In this document: positions 1-11,590 of the stretch, piece by piece | How the letters are laid out: each line of letters opens with the position of its first letter | How positions within the stretch are numbered: the stretch's first letter is position 1 | Assembly (NCBI RefSeq): GCF_963676685.1 | Contig: NC_092344.1 | Location: forward strand, 66,774,001-66,838,000 | DNA from: Mytilus edulis | Taxonomy: Eukaryota | Direction: 5' to 3' | DNA: 64,000 bases | Notes under the pieces: generated by a model | What the model was told of the DNA's origin: nothing | What the model saw: only the letters and a program-made list of their open reading frames with translations | Databases searched by the model: none | Program-made: the position numbers and the translations under genes

Positions 1-16
1 ATAGATACATGCAGTC

Positions 17-97
17 TTCAGAAATGATTACCTTAGCCGTATTTGGCACAACTTTTTGGAATTTTGGATCCTCAATGCTCTTCAACTTTGTACTTTT
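17..97 (+). mobile_element. Fragment of the hammerhead retrozyme-like repeat
   Basis: Near reverse complement of 9831-9900 (CCTTAGCCGTATTTGGCACAAC...CCTCAATGCTCTTCAACTTTGTACTTT). Confidence 0.7.
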
Positions 98-100
98 TTG

Positions 101-925
101 TACGGTCCAGATCCCCACCCATAAACCATATATATTTTTGAATGAGACGATAAAACAAGTCAAACGAAATTAAAGGGAGGTCCCCGGGGGTCATCCCCAC
201 CCTGTTTAATTTGAGAATGTGCTACTATCTTGTAAACAGTCCAGATCCCCACCCCTAAACCATATATATTCTTGTAGGGGGACAATAAACCAAATGAAAT
301 GAAATAACATGGAAGTCCCTAGGGGGTCACCCCACCCACTCTTGTTTGAAAACTTGTAAACGATCAACATCCCCACCCCTAAACCATATATATCTTTGTA
401 TGGGACAATACAACAAATCATATTAAATTAAATGGAAGTACCTGGGGGTCACCCCCACCACGTTCAATTTGAGAATGTACTATTATCTTGTAAACGGTCC
501 AAATTCCCACCCCTAAACCATATATATTCTTGTAGGGGTCAATAAAACAAATGAAATGAAATAAAAGGGAAGTCCGGATGGGGTCACCCTACCCCCTCTT
601 GTTTGAAAACTTGTAAACAGTCAACATCCCCACCCCTAAACCTTATATATTCTTGCAGGGGACAATAAAACAAATGGAATGAAATAAAAGGGAAGTCGCT
701 AGGGGGGTCACCCCACCCCCTTTAGTTTGAAAACTTATAAACGGTCAACAACCCCACCCCTAAACCATATATATTCTTGTAGGGGACAATAAAGCTAATC
801 AAATGAAATGTAGGTAAAGTTCCTGGGGGTCACCACCACCCCTCCTGTTTGAATACTTGTAAATGGTGGAGATCCCTACTCGTAAGCCATATATATTCTT
901 GTATGGGACAAAATATCAAATCAAA
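101..925. repeat. Tandem satellite-like array, about 7 units of ~122-136 bp
   Basis: The motif CCCCACCCCTAAACCATATATATTCTTGTAGGGGACAATAAAAC...GGGGTCACCCCCACC recurs at ~113, 247, 370, 506, 628, 752 and 874, in two length variants. Confidence 0.9.
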
Positions 926-1009
926 TGAACATGGAACCATATGAATGGCGAGTTATGGGAGCTTTGTTTGGGAGACTTCGTAACAGCATCCTGTTACAAT
1001 TACTTCTTG

Positions 1010-1385
1010 TTAATATTACTTTTACTGTTAAGTCAGTTTTTTTGAGATTTTCATTTGACGTGACTCTGTGCTTATGTAAACCATCATACTTTGAACGACA
1101 AAATTATTTTATTTATTAATATTACTTTTACTTATGTATCTTGTCATACTTTGAATGACAAAACTATTTTATTTATTAATACTACTTTTTCTGTTAAGTC
1201 TGTTTTTTATGATATACATTTGACGTGACTCTGTACTTATGTATCCCGTCATACATTGAACCACATAATTTTTATTTATTATTATTACTTGTACTGTTAA
1301 GTCTGTTTTTTTGTTATATATCTACTTTACGATACTCTGCATTTATGTATGCCGTCATACTTTGAACGACAAAACTATTTTATGT
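1010..1385. repeat. Second degenerate tandem array (~3.5 units)
   Basis: Recurrent TACTGTTAAGTC...TTTGACGTGACTCTGTACTTATGTATCCCGTCATACTTTGAACGACAAAA units. Confidence 0.75.
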
Positions 1386-1589
1386 CTACCTGTGCGAATT
1401 TCTAACGCGCATGATTACACCAGTACTGAAAACCTTCCATTCTTTATGGGTAGATTTTACATAGATAAATAAAATCGTATAAGATAAGCAAAATGAGGAT
1501 GTTTAATTTGATGTATGCCTTTTTGTGCTTCTTCGTTACATTTGTTGTTTTTATAGTGATTAAGATGTTAACACAATGTTGACTGCTGA

Positions 1590-2340
1590 ACCCCTATTTT
1601 TGACATTTTTACTTATTGAGTCTGTTTGTTTTGTTCACGCATCGTTGACAATGTAATGGAATTTGATGCGACTGTCATACAAGTGAGAGATTTAGCTAGC
1701 TATAAAACCAGGTTCAATTCACCATTTTCTACATAAGAAAATGCCTGTACCAAGTCAGGAATATGACAGTTGTTATCCATTCGTTTGATATGTTTGAGCT
1801 TTTGATTAAGCCATTTGATTATGACTTATATCTAGAAATTGACTATGAGGGTCGGTTGAAAACAAAACTGTACGACAAAAGAGATGATTTCAGCTTCAAA
1901 ATTGTGTGATTTTTCATTTTTAAACCAAGAGTTCCAAATGGTGAAGTTGAAATCATCACTTTGTAAATTTTACGAACGCCATCACGAGTTGGTTGACCGT
2001 TATCATGGTTATGGAATATCCGTTTCACAGATGATATCGGATATGTTCGGTTCCTTATGTCGTAACTACAACCCGTTCCCTTTTCACGAATGTGACCTAC
2101 CGAATTAGGCTATTTACCCCTATTTGTGACATTTTTACCTATTGTTTTTGTTGTTTTGTTCACACATCGTTGTCAATATAATGGAATTTGATGCGATTGT
2201 CATAGAAGTGAGAAGTTTAGCTAGCTTTAAAATCAGGTTCAATCCTCCATTGTCTACATAAGAAAATGCCTTACCAAGTCAGGAATATGACAGTTGTTAT
2301 CCATTCGTTTGATGTGTTTTGACTTTTGATTTTGGACTTT
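1590..2340 (+). mobile_element. Two copies of an interspersed repeat (~1590-1825 and ~2117-2340) flanking a deleted Penelope-like RT fragment (~1830-2115)
   Basis: Both flanks share GGAATTTGATGCG...CAGGTTCAAT...ACCAAGTCAGGAATATGACAGTTG. The middle segment matches 14890-14960 and 15100-15285 (LNQEFQMVKLKSSL). Confidence 0.7.
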
Positions 2341-2454
2341 CCTTTTTGAATTTTCCTCGGAGTTCAGTATTTGTGTTTTTACTTTTTATCATGTTTTTCA
2401 TTCAAAACTAAGTGAAACAAAAGTATTGAGATCTAGAAAGAAGAAAAATATCAT

Positions 2455-2572
2455 GCGTCACTGATGAGTCTTATGTAGACGAAATAAACTCATCATAGAT
2501 ACCAGGACTAAATTTACTATATACGCCAGACGCGCGTTTCGTCTACAAAAGACGAAACGCGCGTCTGACGTA
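2455..2572 (+). ncRNA. Type I hammerhead ribozyme interrupted by an inverted fragment of a related element
   Basis: GCGTCA-CTGATGA-GTCT TATGT AGAC-GAAA (2455-2484), then an insert, then AGACGAAACGCGCGTCTGACGT (2550-2571). AGACGAAA is duplicated. Confidence 0.75.
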
Positions 2573-4044
2573 CTAAATTATAACCATTGTACTTTTGATA
2601 ACTACTTTAGCTTGAGGTAATAGTAAATATAATGGTCCCAGATGACGATAGTCCTACAATGTTTCACTATCTAGAAATAAAATATTGTTATTATATCTAG
2701 AAAACACATCCATCTGAGTAAGACATCGAAAGTCTTTCATGACGTGGCAATCCGCCATCTTTAGTCAAGTTGTCTCTTCTTCTCCCCTGTTACGAGTCTG
2801 AATCTGCAGTTGAATGTAATTGACTCGGGCGCATCTTAGGCAAACAGGAGGCCACTTTTTTGGCCAAAAGTAAAAGTCCAGGAAAACTGGATTGGTATTA
2901 ACAAAATCAAATCAGCGAAAGGCAAAACTACAATAATGTCTTCCCAATTTTATATTGACTACTCTTCAACTTAAACTGCCTAAATCAAACGAATAAAAAA
3001 GGGGTATTATTTCCGATTTTCGATGTAAATGATCACAACGAGAAATAAAAAATAAATCTATCGACAGGCCGCATTTGATAACAAAACTGATTAAAGTAGG
3101 ACACGATCATTACACAGCTACAGATTTGTTTAACCTGTATTTTTTTTACTGGACATAAGTTTATTCCATTTTACTATTAAATGTGAAAATCAATTAACTT
3201 CATTAAAGGATCAAGGTAGTTTGAACTACAGATAAAATATATTTAAACATCAAATGCTGCATGAAAAATAAAATATTTAGCTAAATAATGAATCTTTGCA
3301 TGCCTATATTATGTAAAATAAAGAAATTGAAAAACAACCAAACATCTGAGGCTATATAAAACAAAATGAACAAATGGGTACTAAAGGTTCACTAGCTTCG
3401 GTAAATAAGACAGTTTATAGACAAAATTGGCAAAAAATAAGAGATATATCACACAGTTACAATATTAATTTTGTTAACAGCCATTTAGAGCGCAAACAAA
3501 ATTATTATTGTGAATAAATGTATGAAACGATTAAGAAAAGTAAATAAATAGATCTATTTGTCCGATTGAACTGTTACATGCATTAAGTTTAGTCTTTTAA
3601 TACATTTATATAAGTTTGTCTAGTTTTAATTAACAATACATTATAAATCAACATTATTAAACTTGACTATAATCAGAACTCTCGGTCTTTACTTGTATTC
3701 AGGTGGCAAAATTTGTGCTAGAAAACTCAAATCATTAAATGTTAAATGGTTGACTTATGAGTCCGACTACAATAATCGTGCTCAAAATATTTATGACCGC
3801 AATGCCATATGGTTGATGGAAATGACTGGCTCTATGCTAATGCGATAGATAACTGTGTGTTTAAAACAAGTACTCTACGTTTTTGAAACCCTAAGATAAA
3901 TGTAGTAAGCTTGTTATTTAAATTATCAAATATTTAAGTGTATATTTCAATTTTCCACAGTCGATAAAGGCAACAGTAGCTATAGTATACCGCTGTTCAA
4001 AAGTCATAAATCGAATGATAGAAAACAAATCCGTGTGACTAAGT

Positions 4045-4427
4045 TAAATTTTACGGACGCCATCACGAGTTGGTTGACCGTTATGGAATAACCGTTTCAC
4101 AAATGATATCGGATATGTTCCTTACGTCGTAACTACAATCCCCTTCCCTTTCATGAATTTGACCTACCGAATTAGACTATTTACCGGATTTGTAATCACA
4201 TAAGCAACACGACGGGTGCCACATGTGGAGCAGGATCTGCTTACCCTTCCGGAGCACCTGAGATCACCCCTAGTTTTTGGTGGGGTTCGTGTTGTTTATT
4301 CTTTAGTTTTCTATGTTGTGTCATGTGTACTATTGTTTTTCTGTTTGTCTTTTTCATTTTTAACCATGGCGTTGTCAGTTTGTTTTAGATTTATGAGTTT
4401 GACTGTCCCTTTGGTATCTTCTCTTTT
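4045..4427 (+). mobile_element. 5'-truncated Penelope-like element (family A), 3' end
   Basis: Nearly identical to 15147-15535. It is absent at the equivalent site upstream of copies 3-5. Confidence 0.85.
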
Positions 4428-4812
4428 AAACCGAGGGAAACACATCAACTAGAAAAGGAAAATATCGAAACAACAGAAACACTGACGTGTAACCAAAAGA
4501 AAGACAATATTAATGCAACATACATAGAAACGAACAATAAGATAACAACTACCATTTTCCGGCAAAATACTAAATGTTGTACGTTACACAAGCTGCAACT
4601 AATATGATACATTTTCATTTCTGGAAATGAAGAACGTGTGGTTTAGAAATAAATGAGATTAATGTCAATTTTGGAATATTAACTTTTTAGAAAGAAGCCA
4701 TAGATGATGTTATCAGTCGGATAATGTTGTCTTAAACATATTTTAAACTTAAAAATAACTATTGTTGTCACTTATCATTAATGATTGAAAATTGTTTTGT
4801 AGTTTATGTTGA

Positions 4813-6480
4813 ATGGCGACATCCTCACAAAGTTGTGGAGTTTGTGACCTCCGTCACATCACAAAACCATCAATAGTCTGGTGTACAGAATGTGACGAGG
4901 GACTCTGCAAAGAATGCCAGGAACATCATGGTTTGTCTAAAGCATCGAGAAGACATAAAGTGATTCCTATTAATGAATACCAGAAATTACCATCTGATGT
5001 ACTGAAAATTACTCAGTATTGTAGCAAACACGATGAAAAGTTTCAAATTTATTGCAAGAAGCACGAATGTCCCTGCTGCAGCAAGTGCATAGTGGAAAGC
5101 CACACAGAATGCCGGGATATTGTAAATTTAGATGACGTCATTCATAATGTCAAAACCTCCAATGCCCTCTGCGAGATAGAGGAAACATTAGTTGAAGTTG
5201 CCGAAAATCTACAAAACATTCGTCAGCATATACAGGAAAACCGGTCGAATTTGAAAGAAAAGAGAATGGAAATAGAAAAAGAAATAAAGAAGACCCGAAT
5301 AATGATCAACAACCATCTCGACAAACTACAAGAAGATTCACTGAAACAACTCTTTGAGGTCGATAAAGGAAACTCGAAAATTTGTCAACTAGTTTCATCC
5401 TTAGAGATTAAGGAAAAAGAAATAGCAGAATGCCAGAGAAATATTTCGAACATCAAGCAACATGCGACGGACCTTCAGTTGTTTCTTTCAATGAAGCAGA
5501 TAGAAAAAGACGTAAATAACAAAGATAAATTCCTACACTCGCTGGTAGAAAACGAGGGTCAACTTTCTCTTTCATTTAAGATCAATGCCTCTATCAAAAA
5601 TATCATGTCCGATATAAAAAGTTTTGGAGAAGTGCATATTGAAGCGAAACCGTACGATATTGTTCTAATCGAGAAAAAGGCTCAACAAGCCCAAACGATG
5701 ATACAAACAAGATCCATTGAAAATTTGAAACTAACGTTACACGAGACAATTAACATTCAAGGAGAATGCATAAGCGGATGTTGCATGCTGCTTGATGGTA
5801 GAATGGCCTTTACCTTCTACTATAAAAAAACAGTAAAAGTATTTAGCGACAAAGGATTACAAGACTTCGAGGTGAAGTTGCGCGTTCACCCGTGTGATAT
5901 AGTATAAATAAGTGAGGACAATACATTAGCTGTTACAACTCGTACATCAGAGTGTATTACCATTATAGACGTGGAGAGGAAACAAATCAAGAAAACCATT
6001 TCACTTGATTCGTCCAGTTATGGCATAGCACTAAAAGATAATCGATTGATTTATTCCGGTGGAGACAAAGGTATACGAATGATCAATCTCAATGACGAGT
6101 CTACAAGTGACATTGTTCGGGACAAAATGCTAACTGGCTGTTCCATTGCAACTTTTAAGGACAAATTATATCACACAAATAGTGGAAAAAATACAGTTAC
6201 GTGTTATAATCTACAAGGTCAACTACAATGGAAATTTCAAAATGAAGGCGTTCTGCAGAAACCTCAGGGTATTGATGTAGACAATGATGGCAATGTGTAC
6301 GTAGTGGGGAGTGATTCACACAACGTTGTAGTTATCTCCCCTGATGGAACACGCCATAGAGAAATAATGACAGCAAGTGATGGTCTAAAATATCCTATGT
6401 CAGTTCATTATAGTGGTTTTAAGAATCAGTTGTTAGTCGCGAACTGGAGAAACAACGCTCATTTGTTTAGTTTTATCTGA
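4813..6480 (+). pseudogene. TRIM-like B-box/coiled-coil/NHL gene, copy 1, with a premature stop
   Basis: ORFs 4813-5907 and 5971-6480 are in the same frame. TAA at 5905-5907 replaces TAC (Tyr in DIVYIS of the other copies). Otherwise colinear with the 556-aa paralogues. A polypyrimidine-AG acceptor at 4795-4802 lies just before the ATG. Confidence 0.9.
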
Positions 6481-6531
6481 AGAGTTAACAGTTCATTAGA
6501 TCATTATCTGAGATATTTCATATATAATAAC

Positions 6532-7236
6532 CACAGGCGCTTGGGTCTAGGATACAGATTTTTTTTTTTTTTTTTTTGGTTAAAATATTCAATTTTCTAT
6601 ATTTATAATACGTATCTATCACTTCTGTGCATGTCTCACCTAGTTTCGAGTGATTTAAACGACCAGGAGAAAATACCCAATTTTACTATCCATACTAAGA
6701 AACAAACAGGCAACTACCTCGACGCCATTTTTCTGCTATCTATAAATAAATAGATTGACCTACCTGGATTCCCCAACGATTTCTCTGGCAAAACGTGCCT
6801 TCCTTGCCGTCAGGTCGCACACATAGTCAACTTCCGGGCACGTAAATTTGAAATTAGTCAAAATAGTTAAAATCTTTTTATTATATGCTGGAGATGGACT
6901 AAAAATGTTACGAACAATACCAATTTGATAAATATCAACGATATGTGCGATCTGACGGCAAGGAAGGCACGTTTCCCCAGAGAAATCGTTGGGGAATCCA
7001 GGTAGGTCAATCTATTTATTTATAGATAGCAGAAAAATGACGTCGAGATAGTTGCCTTTTTGTTTCTTAGTATGGATAGTAAAATTGCGTATTTTCTCTG
7101 GGTCGTTTAAATCACTCGAAACTAGGAGAGACATGCACAGAAGTGATAGATATGTATTATAAATATAGAAAATTGAATATTTTAATAAAAAAAAAAAAAA
7201 AAAAAAAAATCTGTATCCTAGACCCCAGCGCCTGTG
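6532..7236. mobile_element. Foldback-type MITE with ~295-bp terminal inverted repeats and an 8-bp TSD (P- or hAT-superfamily-like)
   Basis: Termini are CACAGGCGC...GCGCCTGTG. Arms span ~6532-6828 and ~6937-7236. The TSD ATAATAAC is at 6524-6531 and 7237-7244. The empty site ATAATAACTGGAATAC follows copies 2-5. Confidence 0.92.
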
Positions 7237-8049
7237 ATAATAACTGGAATACAAAAACCTGTTTTGTCTATTTGGTCAATTATATAACAAGTAAGTATTT
7301 GATTGAAACACAAGGTTGAACGAAAAAACAAAGCAATAACCTAAAACAAAGAATATTATCTGTACATAACACGATAAATATTGATAATAATCAATGTTTT
7401 GATTTATCTAGGGATTTGTTTGGGTTTACAAAAAAAAAAGTGTCTCTATCAGCGCAAATACGATTCACATATTAAAAGGTTCTAGATTGAAAGAGGCATT
7501 CAATGGTCGCAAACTTCTTTGACATGTGTTTATATATGTGAAATCGACAATGTATGATCAGGTATACCTTTTGCACTTTTGATTGGTATTTTAATTAGTT
7601 TCGTAGAATAAGAACATAAGTATTCAAATAAAAAAATCAATTCCATTGGTCTCCAATTTGATATATCTCCACGGACATCATGATGTGTATTAGTAAACGT
7701 ATGGCTGAAGTTATCATATTACATGAAAGAAAAATAATTATTCAAATATTAAAAGGAAGGAATACGCCAGTAATATCATTATAAAAAGCCCAAAACACGC
7801 TTCGAAATGCATACAAGTTAGGCACAAAGAATCACATTTTCAATGATTTGAAAAAAGTGCCAAGCTGACATTTTCTATCGACGCAACATAAGAACAACGT
7901 ATCATAAAAACCAAAACCCTTCACGTGAATTATTATGACCTTCGACTACAGACTGAGGTTTTTACATAACATCATGCAAAGTACGAAGTATCCCAATTGA
8001 TTGTAAAATTAAGTTGTCAATTTATTAAAAAGTGACAATCAAAACCGAA

Positions 8050-8350
8050 TATAAAAAAGAAGATGTGGTATGATTGCCAATGAGACAACTATCCACAAAA
8101 GACCAAAATGACACAGACATAACATCTATAGGTCACCGTACGGCCTTCAACAATGAGCAAAGCCCATACTGCATAGTCAGCTATAATAGGCCTTGATAAG
8201 ACAATGTAAAACAATTCAAACGAGAAAACTAACGGCCTTATTTATTTTAAACATATGAACGAAAAACAAATATGTAACGCATAAACAAACGACAACCACT
8301 GAACTACAGGCTCCTGACTTGGGAAAGGCACATACATAAATAATGTGGCA
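8050..8350. mobile_element. Short interspersed repeat insertion
   Basis: AAGAAGATGTGGTATGATTGCCAATGAGACAACTATCCAC... is absent at the equivalent spacer site 17713-17725. Partial copies lie at ~19640, ~30895 and ~46180. Confidence 0.65.
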
Positions 8351-9722
8351 AAGTCCACTATAAATACAAATCTTCAAATGAGTCATTAGGAAGTCACAGA
8401 CGAGAATCTTGTTTAAACAGCTACATCTTATATTTTCAATCGAATATGAATTATGCTTTCTTATACTGTAGATTCGTAATTATTCGTCGGGTACCAATTT
8501 TCGTACTTTTTGTTGCTTCAGGGAAACACGAACTAAAATTTTCAAATATATATATATTTTTTCCATATATGCTGACTTAAGTAAAACAACGGAATCTTAT
8601 ATCCACGAGAATGCTAGATTTCCTGAAACCACAAAAATGGGAAGCAAGAAAATAAAAGAATCAACATTATTGATTTGGCCAATATGTTTGTTATGTTGTT
8701 TTTTGTAGTGCGGTATACTTTGGGGTGAGTTTCCCTTAATTATACCGAATTTAGTGTAATATATGACCCAGAACAACAGTGTATATTTGTATGCAGAGGA
8801 CAACTGCATCATTATATATTTTAAGAATCAACCTTCTAGAGACACAACAAATCCAATGAACCAGTTAATACGATATTCCAGGTCTTGAATGTCCGTTCTT
8901 ATTCTCTGTTAAAGGTCTGTTACTTACAAAGAATCTTTTTGACCAACTGTTCTCATTTGTAAAGTTCAAGTCATATTTTCCGAAAGTTTAAAGGAAACAA
9001 TGATCATGATACTGATTAATATTTGGTTTCCTTAATGGAAAATCTTTTGCACAATGAGCAAAGGTATTTATTCTATTTTTTATATCTTATAATTTTATGA
9101 AAGAGAAAATAAATTCATCCATATTACTATTTCACTGATACTCTTTTCTATAAATAACTCGAAATGAAAAAGGGAATTGTCTAGCCATTTTATATAACGT
9201 CAAGATTAGAATTTTGTAAATAAGCGATTATCGAATAACCGATCACCATGGCCAGGTGTGGATTTATTTGTATACACATAGATACGCACATACATGTACA
9301 TTGTACAATGGAATCTATGATTACATAACTATAAAACTATATTTATACTTTTTTTAGTACAAATGCTTTTTTGTAGACGACTTGACATCATTTGATAAAA
9401 CAGTAACACTGTCTTAAATTAGCTCAATATGTCAATGGAATGTTTTTATGAATACTGATTATAGTCTTTCACAGAACCCTGATCCGTAGTAAAAATGTTA
9501 AAAATAGTAACATCCCTATCTGTGTAGGTGGATTCTGAACTGTCCCGTCATTTATCAATTTCTTATTCAGTCGCGTGATATATAACCTTTCAGGTAAACA
9601 AGACTCAACATTTCAGCATAACAGGTACTTATTTTATTTGATATTTCAATGATTAATTCTTCTTTAATTACGATTTCCATTTTCCCTTATATAAGTATGA
9701 CCTAAATAAATTTGTTATTAAA

Positions 9723-10000
9723 ATCATCATAGATACCAGGATTAAATTTTGTATTTGCGCCAGACGCGCGTTTCGTCTACAAAAGACTCATCAGTGACGC
9801 TGGAATCCAAAATATTTAAAAAGGACAAATAAAGTACGAAGTTGAGGAGCATTGAGGACCAAAATTCCCAAACGTGTTGCCAAATACAGCTAAGGTTATC
9901 TATTCCTGAGGTAAAAAAAGCCTTAGTATTTCTAGAAGTGCTGACTACTGGGCTAGTGATACCCTCGGGGAATTAAAACTCCACCAGCAGTGGCATCGAC
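9723..10000 (-). mobile_element. Retrozyme-like non-autonomous retroelement remnant, repeated at ~20405-20680, ~31658-31940 and ~46946-47222
   Basis: About 280 bp containing a minimal type I hammerhead. Related fragments lie at 17-97 and 2485-2550. Confidence 0.7.
9757..9800 (-). ncRNA. Minimal type I hammerhead ribozyme
   Basis: The minus strand reads GCGTCA CTGATGA GTCT-TTTGT-AGAC GAAA C-GCGC-G TC TGGCGC: intact core, 6-bp stem I, 4-bp stem II and a palindromic minimal stem III. Confidence 0.88.
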
Positions 10001-11094
10001 AAAAGGGTATTATTTCAACTTTTGGTCTGTGCTTAAAAAGTGTTCACACAATGCAATGTCAATTTGAGCTGAATTCGTCCTTAACACGAAATCTTAACAT
10101 TCCTTCGTTCCCCATTACTTATATCAATGTTTTCATGTTGTAAAATCATGTTTTTATTACATGCAGCCGATAGTAAATATAGGACTTTTATGGGTTAAGT
10201 GTACATAAAACTAGATATTCAGAATGTGAAATTTATTAAGCATATTTAAGGAAAAAACATCAATTAAATACTATTGATGATAAAGATATCAACGTTAATT
10301 GCAATTTAACTGTCCGAAACTCAAAATATTGCCCAGTAATTACAACGATTAAGTTTCCTTACAAATCCCTTTTCAGACTCAAAATATCAATCATATCATT
10401 CTCTTGGACTTTCTTTACTGGGTGGAATCAACCATTAATAAATAAATGGTTTTTTAATCGAATGTATGCGATTTGATCTACGTCCAGAAGAAAATATTCC
10501 ATTCGTGTTCAGGATGACCAAAAACAATTAACAAGGTTTTCGACTGCCATCAAGGGAGGGACATTTCGCGAGAAGATAAGGGCACATTCTTTTTTGTACA
10601 TTGGATAGGGATGGAAATTAAGCTTTGCAATCAGCTACACTTGTATGTGAAGTACCACTTCTGGTACAAAATAACTCAATGTTTAAGCATGTTTATGTAT
10701 CCACTGAAGTTAATAAATCGATCAGAATTAGATTATGTGCAATTTTTGAGACGAAAAGGATTTTATTGAACATTGTCATTAACGGAAAGGAATGGGGCAA
10801 TCTAAAATAAAAAATAAAATGTTGAAACAGAGATATGTCTAAAATTTTACACAAATTAAGATGTTCATACAGTCATTTATGGTTGTTTATTGTTAGTAGT
10901 TTCTATTAATATGATTTAAGCAGGAAAAAATTAACATTGAAAATTGCTAACTCAAAGTCACTGTACAATGTGATAACAGGCAGGTCCTTAAAAATAATCG
11001 GCAAACTGATATGTACTGATAGTAATGCAACATTTTATTAATTATCATTGATATATCTCTCATCAAACTAACTTTAGCAAAAGAAACTTTTAAT

Positions 11095-11590
11095 TTTCAT
11101 TTTCCTATAGTCAACTTTCCATTTATGTGTAGCAACATGCCAGCGGCACCAGCATATGGAGTATATGTGTCTCAATTGATACGTTATTCTAGAACTATCT
11201 CAAAGTGCGTTGATTTTGTTGAAAGAGGAATACTGCTTTCTCAAAAGTTGCTATGACAGGGCTATGAATCAATCAAATTAAGGTCATCACCAAAGAAATG
11301 TTACGGTCGCCATCATGAGCTGATTGGCCATTATGACAAAAGTGTGTCAGAAATCATATCTGATATTCTTCCTCAGTCATAACCTCCCATCATTACCGAA
11401 CTGAACAAAGAAATAACACGACGGGTGCCGTATACGTTGCAGGAAATGCTTACCCTTCAGGAGCACCGTTTTTCACTCCCGGTTTTTAGTGGAGTTTTTG
11501 TTGTTTCTTATCTATTATTTATAACTGTTGATGTAAATGTCCTTTGGTTTTGTGAGTCTTTGTTTACTTCTTGGTTTTAATTGTTATTGT
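11095..11590 (+). mobile_element. Penelope-like element family B, 3' fragment (also ~21815-22325, ~32912-33422, ~48190-48700)
   Basis: Translates to FPIVNFPFMCSNMPAAPAYGVYVSQLIRYSR..., homologous to the family A RT thumb, followed by a related 3' UTR motif. Confidence 0.8.

Noticed and set aside
101-925. CRISPR-like regularly spaced repeats
   Set aside because: Whole units repeat with no unique spacers, there are no cas genes, and the context is eukaryotic.
4216-4452. Recurrent short ORFs (MPHVEQDLL..., MSLFNKL..., MTYGAKD..., MLWSKTI...) and antisense ORFs over the genes
   Set aside because: They recur only because the spacers or repeats are duplicated. There are no domains, many use non-ATG starts, and indels break them between copies.
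6532-6540. CACAG terminus as a RAG RSS or Transib end
   Set aside because: The heptamer is CACAGGC, there is no nonamer, and the TSD is 8 bp rather than 5 bp.
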